Source: a virus (lineage: Duplodnaviria > Caudoviricetes). Taken from it: a DNA stretch of 30,877 nt. The DNA is taken from positions 1 to 30,877 of the IMG/VR virus record IMGVR_UViG_3300037465_000164; one strand, written 5' to 3'. Below the pieces are notes generated by a model that saw only the letters and a list, made by a program, of their open reading frames with translations, did no database searches and was not told the DNA's origin. Position 1 is the first letter of the stretch; each line of letters begins with the position of its first letter. Both the position numbers and the translations under genes were made by a program. Positions 16,944-25,315 of the stretch are shown one piece after another.

Positions 16944-17342
16944 TTACTGGTAGTAGATGAGGCAAATCCCGTTGGTGACGACGGTCAAGTCCGTCACGAG
17001 CTTGTACGGCCTGGGCCACATTTGCAGACTCACATCTTCGTCGGTCGGTTCGACCAGCTCGTCAATCACGTCGCCTGCCTCCGTGTCCGAGGCGGAGAGC
17101 GACGCGCTGTCGTACAGGGTGCACGAATCCCCGGCGGTATCTGCGTAGAGCTTGAACCCGAAGATCAGGCTCCCCGCTCCGAAGCTCCCTGCGCTTGCGG
17201 TGTTCGACGTCACCACGAGCACCTTCAAGGGGGAGCTGTCGATTCCAAGGATGTCCCCTCCCTGAGTTGAGTCCGCCCATGCCGGACTAACCGCCACCGC
17301 CAGCGCAAAGAGCGCCACCACTCCCAAGAGCACCTTCTTCAT
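16944..17342 (-). CDS. Signal-peptide small beta-sandwich protein (decoration-like)
   Basis: Clear Sec signal MKKVLLGVVALFALAVAVSPAWA/DS. TLYD...P-x-P...L-x-V pattern of small post-capsid phage proteins. Two Cys. GGAG RBS with TGATG coupling. Confidence 0.75.
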   Translation of the reverse strand: MKKVLLGVVALFALAVAVSPAWADSTQGGDILGIDSSPLKVLVVTSNTASAGSFGAGSLIFGFKLYADTAGDSCTLYDSASLSASDTEAGDVIDELVEPTDEDVSLQMWPRPYKLVTDLTVVTNGICLIYYQ

Positions 17343-17614
17343 CAACCCTCCTCTGACCGGACCATGAGCTGGTCCAGCTCCGCTTTCGTTTCCAAGAACC
17401 GATACCGCTTCCCAGGACGGAACGACGGCTCTCCTGGGTTCTTTCCTGGATACCGTGCCGTCACTGAGACGAGGTGTCCGCCCGCGCGGTTATACCGCTG
17501 TGCCTCCTCCCCGTCGAACGTCTCGTACCCGCCAACGGCGTCCGGCCCTGGGCCGGTTGGTACTCCCGTCGGTTTTCCCACCGTCAGCTTGTCTGCCTTC
17601 TCTCCTTTGGCCAT
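17342..17614 (-). CDS. Hypothetical protein
   Basis: 90 aa with an AGGAAG RBS, in the post-capsid cluster. Confidence 0.65.
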   Translation of the reverse strand: MAKGEKADKLTVGKPTGVPTGPGPDAVGGYETFDGEEAQRYNRAGGHLVSVTARYPGKNPGEPSFRPGKRYRFLETKAELDQLMVRSEEG

Positions 17615-17630
17615 GAGGCTCCTTCCTGTC

Positions 17631-17831
17631 TTAGCTCGACCGACCCGACCCGATGATCCGCTTGACCTCCGCGTACTGCGCGGGAATCATCCGGGTTCGG
17701 CGACGGTCTTGCTCGTCACGCAGCACTGGCGCGAACCACCAGTCATCTGTCTCAGGGTCGTAGACCAGCTTCGTCGTTTCCAACGAGGTGGACTTCCGAC
17801 CCCGAAAATAGAGCTTGGTGATCCGCGCCAT
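17631..17831 (-). CDS. Hypothetical protein
   Basis: 66 aa immediately after the capsid gene, filling the gap. Confidence 0.55.
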   Translation of the reverse strand: MARITKLYFRGRKSTSLETTKLVYDPETDDWWFAPVLRDEQDRRRTRMIPAQYAEVKRIIGSGRSS

Positions 17832-17838
17832 TGCACGC

Positions 17839-18834
17839 TTATGAGGTGCTGAGGTTGCTCCCGACCCACGGGCGGTAGTCCTCGACCGTCCCGCCGTAGC
17901 GCTCGTCGTAGACCGCCTCGAACGCCCCGTTGCGCTGGTCGATGAACATGGTCATCTCCGGCTCCTGCCGCTTGCCCATGACCACCCCGCGCTTGGCGAT
18001 GCCGACGAACCAGGCGTCCGTGTCCGTCAAGAACTTCCAGACAATCGGGCGCAGCCGGTTCTGGTACGGGTTGATGACACCCTCGTGCGCATCCACCGGA
18101 CTCCCAGGACTCTCCAAGAGCTTCCGCGCCGTCAGCTCCAGGTGCGTCGGCACCAAGCACGTATCCGCCCGCTGGTCGAACTGCAAATCGCGTTCGGATT
18201 TCGCATTGGTGTACTCCAACAGAATCAACGCCGTTTCCAGGTTGCCCTCGTTCAGCACCCCAGTGATCGCGTTGTAGTAACTGGTGCCGACCTTGTTCGT
18301 GTGCGTCACCGCCGCGCCGGAGAACGAGAAGAACGGGCTCACGCTCGCCGCCGTCCCGTCGTAGATGCCATCGCCAGAGGCATCGGTGACGACCCCGGTG
18401 ATCGACTGGTCGAAGGTGTCATCCCGGCCCGCCGTATAGCCGCCGTAGTTGAAGAACCCGGCGTAGAACTTCTCCTTCTTGCTGTGCGACCCCCGCGCCC
18501 AGTTCCGCGCCGTCTGCTGCACCAAGTTCTCAATCTTCTGGTGGTCGCGCACGGTCTCCTTGCTCCAGACCTTGCGCTTGTGGAACGTGCGGGCCTTAAG
18601 CAGGATGGTGAAGCCCTCGACGGTGTCCCCGACGGGCGCATCGGCCAGCTCCGAAGTCTTCTCCTCCGGCTCGCCTTCCTCCACGAGCATCGTCCACTGC
18701 GTGTACCCGGCGTCCAAGGTCTCCTCGCGGAAGATCGCCGGGGCCACCTCCGGTAGCGTGTCCCGCTCCTCGTAGAAATACTTGTACCCGGTCTTCTTCA
18801 TCCCCTCGACGAAATCACTACGAACCTGTGCCAT
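17839..18834 (-). CDS. Major capsid protein (HK97 fold, Mu gpT-like family)
   Basis: 331 aa with LVP-x-x-L-x-x-TA-x-x-LL-x-S...INP...LTDTDAWF motifs; strong AAGGGAG RBS; follows the scaffold and decoration genes. Confidence 0.9.
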   Translation of the reverse strand: MAQVRSDFVEGMKKTGYKYFYEERDTLPEVAPAIFREETLDAGYTQWTMLVEEGEPEEKTSELADAPVGDTVEGFTILLKARTFHKRKVWSKETVRDHQKIENLVQQTARNWARGSHSKKEKFYAGFFNYGGYTAGRDDTFDQSITGVVTDASGDGIYDGTAASVSPFFSFSGAAVTHTNKVGTSYYNAITGVLNEGNLETALILLEYTNAKSERDLQFDQRADTCLVPTHLELTARKLLESPGSPVDAHEGVINPYQNRLRPIVWKFLTDTDAWFVGIAKRGVVMGKRQEPEMTMFIDQRNGAFEAVYDERYGGTVEDYRPWVGSNLSTS

Positions 18835-18909
18835 GTCGCTCCCTTAGTGTCGGGCTGTCGTGCTCTGCCTTATCATGAGATGCCCCGCACAGCCCTGCTC
18901 AATGACGCC

Positions 18910-19377
18910 TTACGCCACACCCGCAACCTGCATGAGCCGTACTGTCATCCGCACGTCCACCGTATCGTCCGTCGTGTCGAGGTCGAGGATTTGAATCACA
19001 TCCTCGTTGCTCTCCCCGACATCGGCGTACTGGATGTTGGACGTCACGATGAGGTCGCACGTCTCCCCCCGCGTGTTCGCCGGGTCGGCATCGGCTGGGA
19101 TGCGGTAGATGGACAACTCCGAGACGTCCACTTCCCCAGTGTCCGCCCCTGCCGTTGCCGAGGTCGTGAACCCCGCACTCAACCCTTGGCCTGACGGGGC
19201 TTCCAGCCACCCCTCGATCTGGGTGTCTCCGCTGTCCGCGATGTCGATGCGGTCACTGCCATCGAGCTTGACGAACTTCCCCCCACGATCATTGATGACC
19301 TGGCTCGCCGCGATCGGCCACGTCTTGAGGATGACGCGCGGGCCGCGCAGGTAGCCGTACTTGACTTCCTTTGGCAT
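18910..19377 (-). CDS. Capsid decoration/cement protein
   Basis: 155 aa, acidic and beta-rich, between scaffold and capsid genes; GAGGAG RBS. Confidence 0.65.
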   Translation of the reverse strand: MPKEVKYGYLRGPRVILKTWPIAASQVINDRGGKFVKLDGSDRIDIADSGDTQIEGWLEAPSGQGLSAGFTTSATAGADTGEVDVSELSIYRIPADADPANTRGETCDLIVTSNIQYADVGESNEDVIQILDLDTTDDTVDVRMTVRLMQVAGVA

Positions 19378-19395
19378 GACGACTCCTCTGTTGGG

Positions 19396-20175
19396 TTAGA
19401 ACTCGATCCCGCCTAACATGTCGCCCAAGCGCCCACGGACTTGCACTTTGGTCATCCCGTTGGCTTCCAGCTTCCGTGCCCGGTCGCGCATCATCTCCAC
19501 GAAGTCCTCTGCGCTAAACCCTTTGTCCTCGCAGAACTGTTGCTGCTTCGCGTTGAGCACGACCTTGCTCGGTTTGCCACTCTCTGAGGTCGGCAGCGGT
19601 TCCGGCCCTGGCGCAACCTCTGATTGCCTCGCCGCCTTCTCCGTCCCCGCCTTCTCTCTCTCCGCCTCGATGACATCGATGTTCTGCCCGATGACCATAT
19701 AGAGCGCCCTGGCATAGCTGTCCGCCCCCACGAGCGAGGCGTCCATCGGATCGAGCAGCTTCATCACCTCCGCGTGGAAGCGGTCATCAAGCTTGGCAAG
19801 CTTGGCGTTGCTGCTGCGCAGCTCCGCCCGCTGGCTTCGCAGCTCCTGCCGCTTGGCCGATTGGGAGAGTGGCTTGATAACCGCAGGCAAGACCTGCCCC
19901 GTCATGTAGCCGACGACCCCTTCGACCAGCTCCCGCCCCGCTTGGGCGGGCAGGCCGTGCTTCTCGCCCCACACCTCGAAGTAGTCCGCCCCGTTGCCCG
20001 CAGGCGGTGCGACAGGCCGGTGCTGCGCCTCCCACTCCTGCTGCTTGCGACGGTACTCCGCTTCGAGGTTGAGCCGGTGCACTTCGCGTTCTTGGGCCAA
20101 CGCCTCTTTGAACTCTGGCGTGTCTTTCACGTTCACCGCTGCCGCAGCGGGTGGTGTCACGGCGACGTCTGCCAT
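19396..20175 (-). CDS. Capsid scaffolding protein
   Basis: Helical, charged 259 aa with a Pro/Ser linker and a C-terminal L-x-x-x-Q...G-x-S-x-E-x-F helix pair; AAGGAG RBS; position after the portal. Confidence 0.7.
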   Translation of the reverse strand: MADVAVTPPAAAAVNVKDTPEFKEALAQEREVHRLNLEAEYRRKQQEWEAQHRPVAPPAGNGADYFEVWGEKHGLPAQAGRELVEGVVGYMTGQVLPAVIKPLSQSAKRQELRSQRAELRSSNAKLAKLDDRFHAEVMKLLDPMDASLVGADSYARALYMVIGQNIDVIEAEREKAGTEKAARQSEVAPGPEPLPTSESGKPSKVVLNAKQQQFCEDKGFSAEDFVEMMRDRARKLEANGMTKVQVRGRLGDMLGGIEF

Positions 20176-20196
20176 TCCGTACTCCTTCTATGGCCG

Positions 20197-20580
20197 CTAC
20201 CGAACAGGCTGACGGGCCTGGGGCCGTGCGGCGCTTCCATTCCCCTCAACGCTCTCCGCGAGCGCGAGGAACTGCTCAGGTGTCGTCAGGATGTACTCCA
20301 ACTGCATGATCCGTCCGGTCAGCAACGCGACTTGATGCTCGCGGGCTTCCCGGTCGGTTTCGGTTTGTAAGAGGGCTTCGCGTTCGTTCAGGAGCGAGGT
20401 TTTCGTATCCGTCAACAGCGTGGTATACGCCGCATACCGCGTATCCTTGAGCAAATCCTTGAGCAGCTTGACCATCCCTTTCAACTGCTCGACCCGCTGG
20501 AGCTTCAAGGCTTCTTGGTCAATCAGGGCGGCGCGGGCCGCCTTGCGCTCCTTCAACCGACCTGAGAGGAAGTCCAGCAT
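20197..20580 (-). CDS. Small helical protein downstream of the portal
   Basis: 127 aa ending L-x-G-R-I-x-x-L-x-x-I-L-x-x-P, typical of post-portal genes in podoviruses; TGATG coupling. Confidence 0.7.
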   Translation of the reverse strand: MLDFLSGRLKERKAARAALIDQEALKLQRVEQLKGMVKLLKDLLKDTRYAAYTTLLTDTKTSLLNEREALLQTETDREAREHQVALLTGRIMQLEYILTTPEQFLALAESVEGNGSAARPQARQPVR

Positions 20581-22703
20581 CAGCCCATCCCTCCCACGCC
20601 AGGTGGCAAGCGGTTCCCGACGCCCAACAACGCGGCCAGTTGCGGGGGCAGCACGGGCGGCAACCCGACAGGAGGCACGTTGCCATTCTGAGGTTGTGCG
20701 GGTGCGCCCGCTGCCCCAGCTTGCAAGGCTTGCTGTTTCTGCCGCAAGAGGGCTTCTTCTTCCTGCTTCAAGACCTGCATCTCTTCAGCGGAGGGAAGCA
20801 CTTTCGACTTCTGCTTCGCCCAGACATCCCCCGCGACATCCAGCATCATTTCGATAATCGCCCAGCGTTTGAGAGCCGATTGGTTCACGTCCGGCGACTT
20901 CAAGAGCTGTGCCCCCATCTCGAAGACCTCGCGCTTCTCTCGCTCCGGGTTCAGCGCAGCGGTTGTCCCGTGCGGGTAGTAATCGGCCCGCAACCGCAAC
21001 TCTTGGCGCGTGATCTGTTCAAAGACCGGCGAACCCTCCGCCCCCATCACGCGGAACTGCCGCCCCTTCGGGCTGAACTGGTAGTAGAGTTCGCACGTCT
21101 GGAAGCCGTGCTCAGAGAGTGACCAGCCGAGCGTCGCGAGATACTTGTTGATGCGGACATGGGCTTGGTGAATGAGTGCAGCGGTCTTGTTCCCTGGGGC
21201 GTCGGGGTCACGTGCCGACTCTAACCCGCTCAGGTTCTGACTCGCCCCAGACGCCAGTTCCCCATGACGGGCGGCGCGGTCTTCGATGTTCAAGGCGACC
21301 GTCACCGCCGAGTTGAGTGCGGTCTGGAACTGCTGCGCGTCGGACTCTGGATTATCGAAATACCAGACTTTCCCCGCGTACATCCCGTCGCGCATCGGGT
21401 TGAAGTTTGACTCGGTGCCCTTGCGGGCCTTGTACATCGGGAGGCTAAACGAGAGATGGTCGAGGACGAGGCTGTGCGCGGCATTCGCCTCAAACTGGCT
21501 CTGCTCGACTTTCTGAATGAGGCTGATTCCGTAGATGCCCCGGCGGCTGCGCTGGAAGTACCACGGGATGTAGTTCGGTCGGTTATGCCAGTAGGGGTAA
21601 TGGAGGACGCGAAGCACCGTCCGGCTCTCGCGGTGAAAATCCACCAGGTAGCGCCGCTCCCGCACATCGCCAGGACGCTTCCAACGCAAGATGCCCGTCG
21701 CAATCTTGTATTGCTCATCGCGGTAGGTCGGGTCGTCCTTAAACGTCCCATCCTCTTCCCACCGGAACGCCAACCGTTGCAGCCGGTCGTCGTAGTAGCT
21801 GTCCTCGGTCAACTCCTCAATTTGGGCGTAGCGAAGCGAGAACCAGTGCCCGACGAATCGCTCGCGGTGGAGCTGGTGCCACTTCGCCGCCGGACGGACG
21901 AGCCAATCACGGAGGGGAATATACGTCGGCTCCGGCGCGTCCTGCCTGGCTTCGTTGTACTCGACGGTCAACGTGACCTTCTCGCCCTTCTTGAGTCTGG
22001 CCACAACCTCAGGATAATCCTTGTTGGCGTCGGGGTAGCGTTCGACGAACCGCTCCATATCGGCGATGCTCAACCCGTCGTAGGTTTCCTCATCACGGAT
22101 GCGGTCGGTTTCCCGCAACCAGGGGAGATATTCCACGCCTGTCCCTAACGCGGCACTCTCCCAGAGGATCGGGTCGAGCTTTTCCTTCGCCAGCATTTCG
22201 ACCGTGTTGGCGTAGTCGAGGAACTGCTCCTTACGCTTGGCCGTCGCCACGTCCATCGGCTCTCTGGGCTGGACTTGGAGCCAGGGGCGGGCGGTGAAGA
22301 AGGACTGCTCCACGACCGCGAGTGCCGTATCGACGACCTCCTGGGCAATCGGGACATGGACGTTCGCTTGCCCGGCGGGACGGTCTTGCAGGACGCCGAA
22401 GTAGAGGTCTTCCCACAAGTCCCAATTCGCGTCGAGTTCGCGCTCATCCCGTTCGGTTTGAATTGCATTGAGGATAGTCTCAAGCCGTCGTGCCAGCTCG
22501 TCATGCTCATCGTCCGTGAGGCGAATCCGCGTGGCCTTCGTCTCAAACGTCCGCTCTGCGGGGGAGATGTCCTCCTTCTGCGGATCCGCTTCTTTCAACG
22601 TGATGGTGTCACGCGGCGGCGAGGCCAACGGCTCGCCCGCATTGATGGGACGCAGGGCGCGTCCAGGCGGTTGGGGGGACAGGTCGTCAGGCATGACACT
22701 CAC
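20580..22703 (-). CDS. Portal protein (P22/SU10-like, large); start may be ATG 22694
   Basis: About 705 aa with W...Y-x-G, P-x-EP-x-D-x-x-x-A, GTG, YGISL...Q-x-x-x-N, LASG...G and KTA motifs and a Q/P/G-rich tail. Confidence 0.9.
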   Translation of the reverse strand: MSVMPDDLSPQPPGRALRPINAGEPLASPPRDTITLKEADPQKEDISPAERTFETKATRIRLTDDEHDELARRLETILNAIQTERDERELDANWDLWEDLYFGVLQDRPAGQANVHVPIAQEVVDTALAVVEQSFFTARPWLQVQPREPMDVATAKRKEQFLDYANTVEMLAKEKLDPILWESAALGTGVEYLPWLRETDRIRDEETYDGLSIADMERFVERYPDANKDYPEVVARLKKGEKVTLTVEYNEARQDAPEPTYIPLRDWLVRPAAKWHQLHRERFVGHWFSLRYAQIEELTEDSYYDDRLQRLAFRWEEDGTFKDDPTYRDEQYKIATGILRWKRPGDVRERRYLVDFHRESRTVLRVLHYPYWHNRPNYIPWYFQRSRRGIYGISLIQKVEQSQFEANAAHSLVLDHLSFSLPMYKARKGTESNFNPMRDGMYAGKVWYFDNPESDAQQFQTALNSAVTVALNIEDRAARHGELASGASQNLSGLESARDPDAPGNKTAALIHQAHVRINKYLATLGWSLSEHGFQTCELYYQFSPKGRQFRVMGAEGSPVFEQITRQELRLRADYYPHGTTAALNPEREKREVFEMGAQLLKSPDVNQSALKRWAIIEMMLDVAGDVWAKQKSKVLPSAEEMQVLKQEEEALLRQKQQALQAGAAGAPAQPQNGNVPPVGLPPVLPPQLAALLGVGNRLPPGVGGMG

Positions 22704-22775
22704 AGTTGCAGATGGCTGTGCTATCCCAGCACCTACGAAGCCGACAGAATTGACACATCAGTAATTCGTTGATGC

Positions 22776-22907
22776 TCAATACCCCCGCGCCTTCTCTTTC
22801 TTCTTCGGGGCCATGCTGATGGTGCCCATCGGGGCTTGCGGCCCGTAAGCATCCATCGTGATCTTGCCCGACTTCACCTTGCCGGGATTCTTTGTTCGAT
22901 CATTCAT
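22776..22907 (-). CDS. Small basic protein, 43 aa (not in the ORF track)
   Basis: MNDRTKNPGKVKSGKITMDAYGPQAPMGTISMAPKKKEKARGY with an AAGGGA RBS. Confidence 0.5.
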   Translation of the reverse strand: MNDRTKNPGKVKSGKITMDAYGPQAPMGTISMAPKKKEKARGY

Positions 22908-22932
22908 GTGCTTCCCTTTGTACCCAACTCGT

Positions 22933-23145
22933 TCAGGCATTCGCTGCCCTCCGTTTGACGTTCCGCGCCTTCACCCGTCGCGCCTTCGCCAATGCCTTGA
23001 GGCGCTGCTTCGCCATGACCGCTTGTAGAGCTTGTTGCCCGTTCTTGAGGTCATCCAACGTCCCCATATGACAGGTGGGGCATTTCTTCCCTGCCAACCG
23101 TGTGAGTTTCCGTGGGGCTTGCTGTCCGAGCCGTAGGGCCATCAC
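22933..23145 (-). CDS. Small basic protein with CxxC
   Basis: AGGAGG RBS; CPTC; K/R-rich C-terminal helix. Confidence 0.65.
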   Translation of the reverse strand: MMALRLGQQAPRKLTRLAGKKCPTCHMGTLDDLKNGQQALQAVMAKQRLKALAKARRVKARNVKRRAANA

Positions 23146-23160
23146 GCCTCCTGTTGTGCC

Positions 23161-23202
23161 AACGAAAAACGGCCACTAGAGGACTAGGCCCCTAGTGGCC
23201 GT
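23161..23202 (-). terminator. Rho-independent terminator
   Basis: Minus strand reads ACGGCCACTAGGGG-CCTAGT-CCTCTAGTGGCCGT then TTTTCGTT: a 14 bp stem with one G-U pair followed by a U tract. Confidence 0.8.
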
Positions 23203-23247
23203 CTGTGAACTCGTTGGGCGCTGGCCTCCCCGTCGGGAGGGGCGCGG

Positions 23248-23460
23248 TTAGGTTGTCAACTGCTTACGATCTGGTAGTCCTTCTTGGTCGAAGAAATGAA
23301 ATGTGCCTGACACCTTATAGGGATTCACTTGATGGCCGTCTTTCGTATGTTGCTCAAACAACGCCATCGCCGTTCCCATGTCTGGCACGTCCATCTCCCA
23401 CGGACATTCGACGCATCGCACATGGCCTGGACGAATGGTCTGAACGAAAAATCCCGACAT
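23248..23460 (-). CDS. Small C2H2-like zinc-finger protein
   Basis: CVEC-x18-HTKDGH; TGATG coupling at 23460. Confidence 0.6.
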   Translation of the reverse strand: MSGFFVQTIRPGHVRCVECPWEMDVPDMGTAMALFEQHTKDGHQVNPYKVSGTFHFFDQEGLPDRKQLTT

Positions 23461-23636
23461 CAATACCGTCTCCGCTTGCGGCGTTTCTTCTTCGCCACCG
23501 TCTCGTGCGAGGAGTGCCCGCCACCTAAGACCTTTGTCTCAATGACCGTGTTCGTCCCCTTGCGGAAGGCGAGGCGAATCTTCTTGCCTGATTTCGTCGT
23601 CTTTACTCGGTAACGAGTGCCTTTCGGCAGCGGCAT
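23460..23636 (-). CDS. Very basic 58 aa protein (not in the ORF track)
   Basis: MPLPKGTRYRVKTTKSGKKIRLAFRKG...KKKRRKRRRY; GGGAG RBS and TGATG couplings at both ends. Confidence 0.7.
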   Translation of the reverse strand: MPLPKGTRYRVKTTKSGKKIRLAFRKGTNTVIETKVLGGGHSSHETVAKKKRRKRRRY

Positions 23637-24043
23637 CAACTCTCCCGCACCACACCCTGCCCGTTGCTCCGCACGTCGGGCGGCGGGCCGGGACGCAACG
23701 CCGTATTGATGGGCACCACGACCTTCAGTCTGAACCCCCCCGCCTTGACCTTGTGACCAATGAGCATGAGAGGCCGATGCTGTCGGCCAGCATAATCCGT
23801 CGCCCCCAACAACTCAAGGAGAAATCTTCCCGCCCGCGTCTCCCGTGCTTCTTCGAGCAACGATTGGCTCAGGCCCAAGACGAAGTTGTCTGTCAGGACG
23901 TTGACTTCCTTGACGGGCAGCCCCGCGTGGTGCTTGACGCCGACAACGCGGTTGTGGAGCTGCCGGAGGATAGATTGTGAGGGTTTTGGCGCGGCGTCCT
24001 TCGGGGCGGACTGGTGGCGGGAAGGAATGAAGATTTCACTCAT
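23636..24043 (-). CDS. Hypothetical protein (start revised to ATG 24043, 135 aa)
   Basis: MSEIFIPS...; 8 nt overlap with the upstream ORF. Confidence 0.6.
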   Translation of the reverse strand: MSEIFIPSRHQSAPKDAAPKPSQSILRQLHNRVVGVKHHAGLPVKEVNVLTDNFVLGLSQSLLEEARETRAGRFLLELLGATDYAGRQHRPLMLIGHKVKAGGFRLKVVVPINTALRPGPPPDVRSNGQGVVRES

Positions 24044-24239
24044 ATCGAGTGGGAAACTCTCCAGTGTACACTCTGGATTTATATTCATGGCGATGATGCT
24101 GATAAAAATGTTCCAACATTTCTTCTGTGCTTCCTGTGAGTGGAACAACAGGTAATCGCTCTGCTTGTTCTTGGCTGATTCCGTGATAACGTGGATCAAT
24201 GCAAGAACATACCCACCGCTGAGAATTGCTCATCGTCAT
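24036..24239 (-). CDS. Small Cys/His-rich hypothetical protein
   Basis: GAGGTG RBS; CSC...EHFYQHHRH; start uncertain (24233, 24239 or 24335). Confidence 0.5.
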   Translation of the reverse strand: MTMSNSQRWVCSCIDPRYHGISQEQAERLPVVPLTGSTEEMLEHFYQHHRHEYKSRVYTGEFPTRYE

Positions 24240-24338
24240 CTCACCTCGCCGCCCTTCTGCGGGCACAACTGTCCGTCGCAGTCGTGCAGGCAAGTCGTGA
24301 CGCATGGCGGCAACAACGGGACTGTCCCAGGGCATCGG

Positions 24339-24644
24339 TCATGCGAGGGCGACCCGCACCTGGTTACGGTCGCCCGCCGGTTCTCCTGGCTCGTAGTGAT
24401 TGTACCGCATCAAGTGGAACGCGATGACCCGCCCCATAAGCGCGGCTTTCGCGCACGCTTCCGCCTGAGTGGGCATCGGAATTGCCCGATCTTCGCGGTC
24501 CACGAGCGTCGCCACAATCCGCGTCCGCAAAGCGTTGTAACCCAGCCGTACCCACCCGTCGCGGTAACGAATGCGAGTCCGAGGCAAGCGGACGCGGCCT
24601 AACTCACGCAATGGAATCTCGCAGCGGACGCCCCAGGCGGTCAT
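24339..24644 (-). CDS. Hypothetical Arg-rich protein
   Basis: 101 aa; ATGA overlap with the upstream gene. Confidence 0.55.
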   Translation of the reverse strand: MTAWGVRCEIPLRELGRVRLPRTRIRYRDGWVRLGYNALRTRIVATLVDREDRAIPMPTQAEACAKAALMGRVIAFHLMRYNHYEPGEPAGDRNQVRVALA

Positions 24645-24838
24645 GGCACGAACCGCCCGCCGTTCTGGGGCACGACCAACCCGCTTTGTTTCGTCGGATC
24701 AAACGCCTGAATCGCATCGCGGGCGCGTTCCAGCATCCCGTAACAGAGGGTCTTGTTCGCAATCGGCCCATTGACGTTGAGCGATTCCTCTCCAGCATCA
24801 TTGATGGTCAACGTGATGGTCAACTGGTTCTGCATCAT
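24641..24838 (-). CDS. Hypothetical protein
   Basis: 65 aa with V-x-GPI-x-NK-x-LCYGMLE-x-A-x-D; overlaps on both sides. Confidence 0.65.
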   Translation of the reverse strand: MMQNQLTITLTINDAGEESLNVNGPIANKTLCYGMLERARDAIQAFDPTKQSGLVVPQNGGRFVP

Positions 24839-25122
24839 CGTTCCGGCAACTCCGCGACGAACGCGATGCCGTCCTTGACGCCGATGAGGATTTTCTTGAT
24901 CGCGAGTGTGTGGCCTTTGACGACGGGCAAGATCGGCTTGTGGATCAGCGTCGAGTAGCCCTGCCCCTCATCCTGCGTCTGCGGAGCGCACCAGCACGGC
25001 TCGGCGAGCTTCACGACATGGTCTTTGGCGTCGTGCGTCGGGACGATATGCACCTGGCCTGGCGTCTGGTCGCGCAGCAGGGGCGAGGCGTCATGCTGGA
25101 GGGTGGCGTTAGGGAAGAGCAT
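24835..25122 (-). CDS. Small putative metal-binding protein
   Basis: HIVP-x-x-D-x-x-x-H...CWCAP...LIH pattern. Confidence 0.6.
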   Translation of the reverse strand: MLFPNATLQHDASPLLRDQTPGQVHIVPTHDAKDHVVKLAEPCWCAPQTQDEGQGYSTLIHKPILPVVKGHTLAIKKILIGVKDGIAFVAELPER

Positions 25123-25315
25123 CAATCTTTACCAATTTCCCGCACTGCCACGTATGGTCATCTCGATACGCATCCAAATGATCGCCATGCAATCGAATCA
25201 CGCAGCCGTTGGAATAAACCGGCGGATCAAACTCACACTTAATGCCTTCGCGCTCAATGCAAGTAAACGCTGGCGGAGAAGTATAAAACGAAACGTGAGT
25301 CGTCGTCGGATTCAT
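25109..25315 (-). CDS. Hypothetical protein, low GC (start ATG 25315)
   Basis: 68 aa; ATGA overlap at 25312-25315. Confidence 0.45.
   Translation of the reverse strand: MNPTTTHVSFYTSPPAFTCIEREGIKCEFDPPVYSNGCVIRLHGDHLDAYRDDHTWQCGKLVKIDALP

Noticed and set aside
23254-23259. TTGACA on the minus strand upstream of the terminator
   Set aside because: No -10 element at 16-18 nt spacing.
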